This document shows positions 61,778 through 64,000 of a DNA stretch of 64,000 nucleotides, in pieces. The number at the start of each line of letters is the position of its first letter. Within the stretch, counting starts at the first letter, position 1. Origin of the DNA: Micropepsales bacterium (lineage in GTDB: Bacteria; Pseudomonadota; Alphaproteobacteria; Micropepsales; Micropepsaceae); the NCBI GenBank assembly GCA_038324265.1, contig JBBQHU010000010.1, positions 1,843 to 65,842 on the forward strand. Reading direction: 5' to 3'. The translations under genes were made by a program, and so were the position numbers. The notes below the pieces were generated by a model. The model saw only the letters and a list, made by a program, of their open reading frames with translations. It did no database searches and had not been told where the DNA came from.

Positions 61778-61783
61778 TCGGCC

Positions 61784-62608
61784 TCAATCGACGCGGTAGG
61801 ACACCAGGAAGCCGATCCCCATGCTGGGGCTGCCGGCGCTCAGGCCCACCGTGCCATAGCCGGTCAGCGTGACTTTTTCCCCGCGCACCCAGCTCAGCGA
61901 CCCGAACAGGCTTTGCGCCGCCGGGACCAGCGGACCATCCCGGCTGTCGTAATCGTAGGAGGCGATCGCCACCAGGTCGTCGCTGAGCTCCAGGCTGGTG
62001 CCCGCCGAAACAGATGTTGTGTCGTAAAGCTTGTAGCCCACGGGCTGGCCGACACTGAGATAGCCCCAGGTCACGAAAGGCGCCCACTTCCCGAACTGGC
62101 GCGAAACGTCCACGCTCACGCCATAGTCGGACTTTCCGGTGCTCAGCCTTTTGCGCGCCGACGCCACGGGCACCTTGGTCACGGCGGAAACCCGCACCTC
62201 GAAGTCGTCCAGCACCACAGACGGAATGGTGTAGGAGGCGCTGAGATTGAGGTCGCCCCAGCCGGTGCGGGTGTTCGCCCCAAGCGGCGTGCGCCGGTTG
62301 ATGACGATGGCATTTCCCGAGGCATCGAACACGACCAGGCCGCGACCATCGATGTGCATGTAGGGGATGCTGGCGGTGAAACGGAAATCCCCGCTCGAAA
62401 GGCTCAAGGTGGACATTCCAAGATCGACGCTGGTTTCTTGCGACGTGCCGTAATTGCCGCTGGAATGGCTGTATCCGAAATTGCCGGCAAGCTGCCAGTC
62501 GTCGCGAATGGCACCCTTGTCCAGCGGCGCGGCCTGTCCGGCGCCTGCGCACAGCAGCGTCAGTGCTGCGGCCAGGACCCTTGAACGACAATATTTCGCA
62601 ATGTGCAT
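61784..62608 (-). CDS. Putative outer-membrane beta-barrel protein
   Basis: Signal peptide; YSHSSGNYG, GWGDLNLSASY, LSTGKSDY; terminal VSYRVD. Confidence 0.65.
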   Translation of the reverse strand: MHIAKYCRSRVLAAALTLLCAGAGQAAPLDKGAIRDDWQLAGNFGYSHSSGNYGTSQETSVDLGMSTLSLSSGDFRFTASIPYMHIDGRGLVVFDASGNAIVINRRTPLGANTRTGWGDLNLSASYTIPSVVLDDFEVRVSAVTKVPVASARKRLSTGKSDYGVSVDVSRQFGKWAPFVTWGYLSVGQPVGYKLYDTTSVSAGTSLELSDDLVAIASYDYDSRDGPLVPAAQSLFGSLSWVRGEKVTLTGYGTVGLSAGSPSMGIGFLVSYRVD

Positions 62609-62615
62609 CTTCAAC

Positions 62616-63116
62616 TCACTTGCGTTGGCGCGCGCGAACGGCATCGCGCGCTTTGTTGGTGGGTGAATTTCTGGACAGGGTCTGCAGATGGAGGGTCTGG
62701 CTGTTTTCTCCGGCCGCCAGCACGAACTTCACGTCGGCAAAGGACGGCTTGCCGAGAAAGGGCGTGGCGTCCTGGGAGAAGCCGAACGGCTCCAGCGGAA
62801 GGCCCAGCCAGGACGTGTCCATCTTGTCGTTGGAATTCACGTCCTGGAATGCCTGGATGGCATAAACGCCGGGCGGCACATTGTGCAGCGTGACCACGGT
62901 CTCGCCCGGGACCGCCGGCACATCGGCCGAGGCCGTGGGTTTGGAATTGTCGTCGGGATAGCGCGCTGCGTCATACAGGCCAAGACGCAGTATCCCCGCG
63001 GACGGCAGGACATTCTCCACATGGATGGTGAGGTTGGCGGCCGCCGCAGGCACTGCGGCCAAGGCCGGCATGAGGGCCACAAGTCCCGCAACGATCCAAA
63101 ACCCGGATCTCTTCAT
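62616..63116 (-). CDS. DUF2141 family secreted protein
   Basis: PGVYAIQAFQDVNSNDKMD...GLPLEPFGFS. Confidence 0.85.
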   Translation of the reverse strand: MKRSGFWIVAGLVALMPALAAVPAAAANLTIHVENVLPSAGILRLGLYDAARYPDDNSKPTASADVPAVPGETVVTLHNVPPGVYAIQAFQDVNSNDKMDTSWLGLPLEPFGFSQDATPFLGKPSFADVKFVLAAGENSQTLHLQTLSRNSPTNKARDAVRARQRK

Positions 63117-63263
63117 GGTTGTTGCGCGGCCTTCGTCCGTGTTCATGCTGGTTATGACATGGACGTGGGCACACGGCCACTGCAAGCCGGTGCAGACACA
63201 TTGAAGCAGCCCTGTCCTTGGCCACTGTTGTTTCCGTGTCTCACATGCTAGGCACGGCGCGCC

Positions 63264-64000
63264 GTGAGCGACAATCCCACCAGCCTTTATCGCGATCGCG
63301 ACCTGTATTCCTTCGTCAGTTCGCGCTTCATCGCGACCCTGGCGATCCAGGTCCAGTCGGTCGCCATCGGCTGGCAGATCTATGACATGGAGCGCACGCC
63401 CCTTGCCCTCGGCATGGTGGGGCTTTGCCAGTTCCTGCCGATGTTTTTGCTAACCCTGCCGGCGGGCGACATCACCGACCGCTTCAACCAGCGCCGCGTC
63501 TATAGTCTGGCGGCGGGCTTGCAGGCCTGTTGCAGCGCGCTTTTCCTGGCGCTTTCCATTTTTACCCCGCACACCGCCTGGCCCTATTACGTGGTGCTGG
63601 TGCTTTTCGGGGCGGCCCGCGGTTTTGCCGGGCCTTCGGGCTCGTCGCTGCTGCCCTTCCTGGTGCCGCCGGAGCGCTTAAGCAAATCCATGGCCTTCAG
63701 TTCGTCGTTCTTCACGGCGGCGGTGATCTCCGGCCCCGCTTTGGGCGGCTTTCTGTATGCGCTGGGCCCGACGCCGGTCTATTGCGTTTGCATCGCCGGC
63801 TTTGTCGGTGCGGCGCTGATCGTCTCCAACCTGGGCGGTCGCCGCTTTACGCCGGAAGCGACCGAGGCCAGCCGCTACGAACGGGTCGCCGAAGGCGTGC
63901 GCTTTGTGCGCTCGCGCCCCGTGGTGCTGGGCGCCATCAGCCTGGATCTGTTCGCGGTGCTGCTGGGCGGCGCGACGGCGCTGCTGCCGGTCTATGCCCG
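63264..64000 (+). CDS. MFS transporter, truncated by the window edge (not in the track)
   Basis: GTG 63264: ...SRFIATLAIQVQSVAIGWQIY...LPAGDITDRFNQRR...ISLDLFAVLLGGATALLPVYA. Confidence 0.88.
   Translation, partial: MSDNPTSLYRDRDLYSFVSSRFIATLAIQVQSVAIGWQIYDMERTPLALGMVGLCQFLPMFLLTLPAGDITDRFNQRRVYSLAAGLQACCSALFLALSIFTPHTAWPYYVVLVLFGAARGFAGPSGSSLLPFLVPPERLSKSMAFSSSFFTAAVISGPALGGFLYALGPTPVYCVCIAGFVGAALIVSNLGGRRFTPEATEASRYERVAEGVRFVRSRPVVLGAISLDLFAVLLGGATALLPVYA

Overview
GC-rich alphaproteobacterial chromosomal window (phaR-phaA-phaB, ccmABCDG, yciB-ftsY-mtaB-dapF, ffh-rpsP-rimM-trmD-rplS, CtrA-like boxes, BA14K and PAS_5 genes). Most of it is ordinary housekeeping and envelope content: acnA, large NAD-GDH, mdh, HU, peptidases, a c-di-GMP phosphodiesterase. 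I found no tRNA, rRNA, CRISPR array, transposase or integrase. The main finding is absent from the supplied ORF track: one uninterrupted minus-strand frame starting at ATG 8103 (GAAGGA RBS, Sec-type signal peptide) runs off the left edge. It encodes at least 2701 aa built as a block copolymer: FGG block, 13 ID(A/N)SK repeats, an N17 run, about 8 G/T/N-rich macro-repeats, a silk-like (GT)n(GV)n stretch, an N/Q/Y prion-like block and a GYGY block. It is a candidate novel secreted fibre, amyloid or matrix protein. Other genes missing from the track are an orphan Flp pilin, a 43-aa basic peptide and a truncated MFS gene at the right edge; ccmD appears only inside a mis-started ORF. Other notable items are a CsoR-operator-controlled Met/His-rich beta-barrel, a GAF-DHp protein without a kinase domain, a TetR/Coq4/YciB-like/MipA unit, and an accessory block of tandem paralogs between dapF and ffh. 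All family assignments come from motif recognition by eye, not database searches.
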